From Felis catus (lineage: Eukaryota): 64,000 nt of DNA. This document shows positions 63,019-64,000 of the stretch, piece after piece (positions within the stretch are counted from its first letter, which is position 1; the number at the start of each line of letters is the position of its first letter). The stretch lies in the NCBI RefSeq assembly GCF_018350175.1, contig NC_058368.1, positions 10,230,001 through 10,294,000 of the forward strand. Direction: 5' to 3'. A model generated the notes under the pieces. It worked only from the letters and a program-made list of their open reading frames with translations. It searched no databases and was not told where the DNA came from. The translations under genes and the position numbers were made by a program.

Positions 63019-64000
63019 GTAGGTGAGGGGCAGGCTCCATGGCCGTTCCGCACAGGCCCCAGCAGGCTTGGACTCCTGGCTCATCGGCTAAAGAAATCTC
63101 AGTTCTGGACAGCATCCAGGTGAGAAGGGATTAGCCTGGTTTCAGGTTTAACCTGTCAAATGGAAATTCCCAAAGCTGGGAGGGAGCTTAAGAGTTTAGC
63201 TAGCTCAGTCCATATCCCAGGCACTCATCCATCAGAGCCTATCTCACAGCCTTGCCCACTACCTTTGGGAGCCTTGTCTCATCCACTGTCCACATGAAGG
63301 ATTGTCTCTCCTGCTGAGCCCCTTGGTCTCTGCTACAGTGCCAATTTTAGCCCTGTGTCTTTAATACCACTCTTTATGGGCTCCTTTTCCCAGCTATCAC
63401 TCCTGTCCCCCATCCCACCTCAGACGTCATCTCCCGATGTGTCACTCAGCTGTGTGCCCTCACCACACGCTTAATGCCACCCTCACCACACGCATTAGCC
63501 CTTCGGGTGCCCCCAGGGTCCCACGATCCCCCACACGCCCCCACATGGATCAGTCCTTACTACTTGTATATTTTATTGCAAAACTTTTCCCCACTCTCCC
63601 ACCCCATTCTCTCTAATTTCTCTACCCTGGTTCCATTTCTTCAAGACCCCCTCTCTCTGCTAATGTGATCATGGGCCCATTCATTCACATCTTCATTCAA
63701 AACATATTGATGAGCTCCTGCTATGTGCAGGTCCAGGGCTGGGTCCTGGGGCTGGTAACCACACCCCTCTCCCTCCAAGTCATGAACCATTTGAAAAACA
63801 CACTAATCTATCAGTTTCATGGCTGGCTGTGCTGGATGGAAAACCGTGGGAACCCACAGCCGCCAAAGGCTTCCTACCAGTCCTTGCCCTTCCTCCAGAG
63901 TCCAGGCTTATTTTTCCCAAGTCGCAGTCTGCAGCCACTCATCTGCCAACAGCCAGGGGACCCACTACCTCATACCCATGGAGCCCCAACAGGGGAGACA

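Overview
Mammalian genomic DNA, almost certainly a felid: it carries 11 tRNA-derived carnivore Can-SINEs (one of the young cat-type subfamily) and a young carnivore L1. There is no intact protein-coding gene. From 7.5 kb to 63 kb the + strand carries 14 small exons (about 1.4 kb of coding sequence) of a WD40-repeat gene of the WDR49/WDR64/EFCAB8/WDR95 (WDY-like) family, best matching WDR95. I reconstructed the exons by hand from splice signals and intron phases. The gene is disabled by in-frame stops, frameshifts and a lost splice acceptor, so it looks like a unitary pseudogene whose 5' and 3' ends lie outside the window. The introns hold L1, HAL1, L2, MIR, CR1/L3, MaLR, MER21 and MER5 relics, microsatellites, a CpG-rich segment with two convergent CTCF motifs, an RFX/forkhead/octamer motif cluster, and a 26-bp minisatellite inside a MIR whose variant units spell HNF4/DR1 nuclear-receptor motifs. 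Most ORFs in the supplied track are spurious. Repeat family names and repeat boundaries come from recalled consensus similarity and are approximate.
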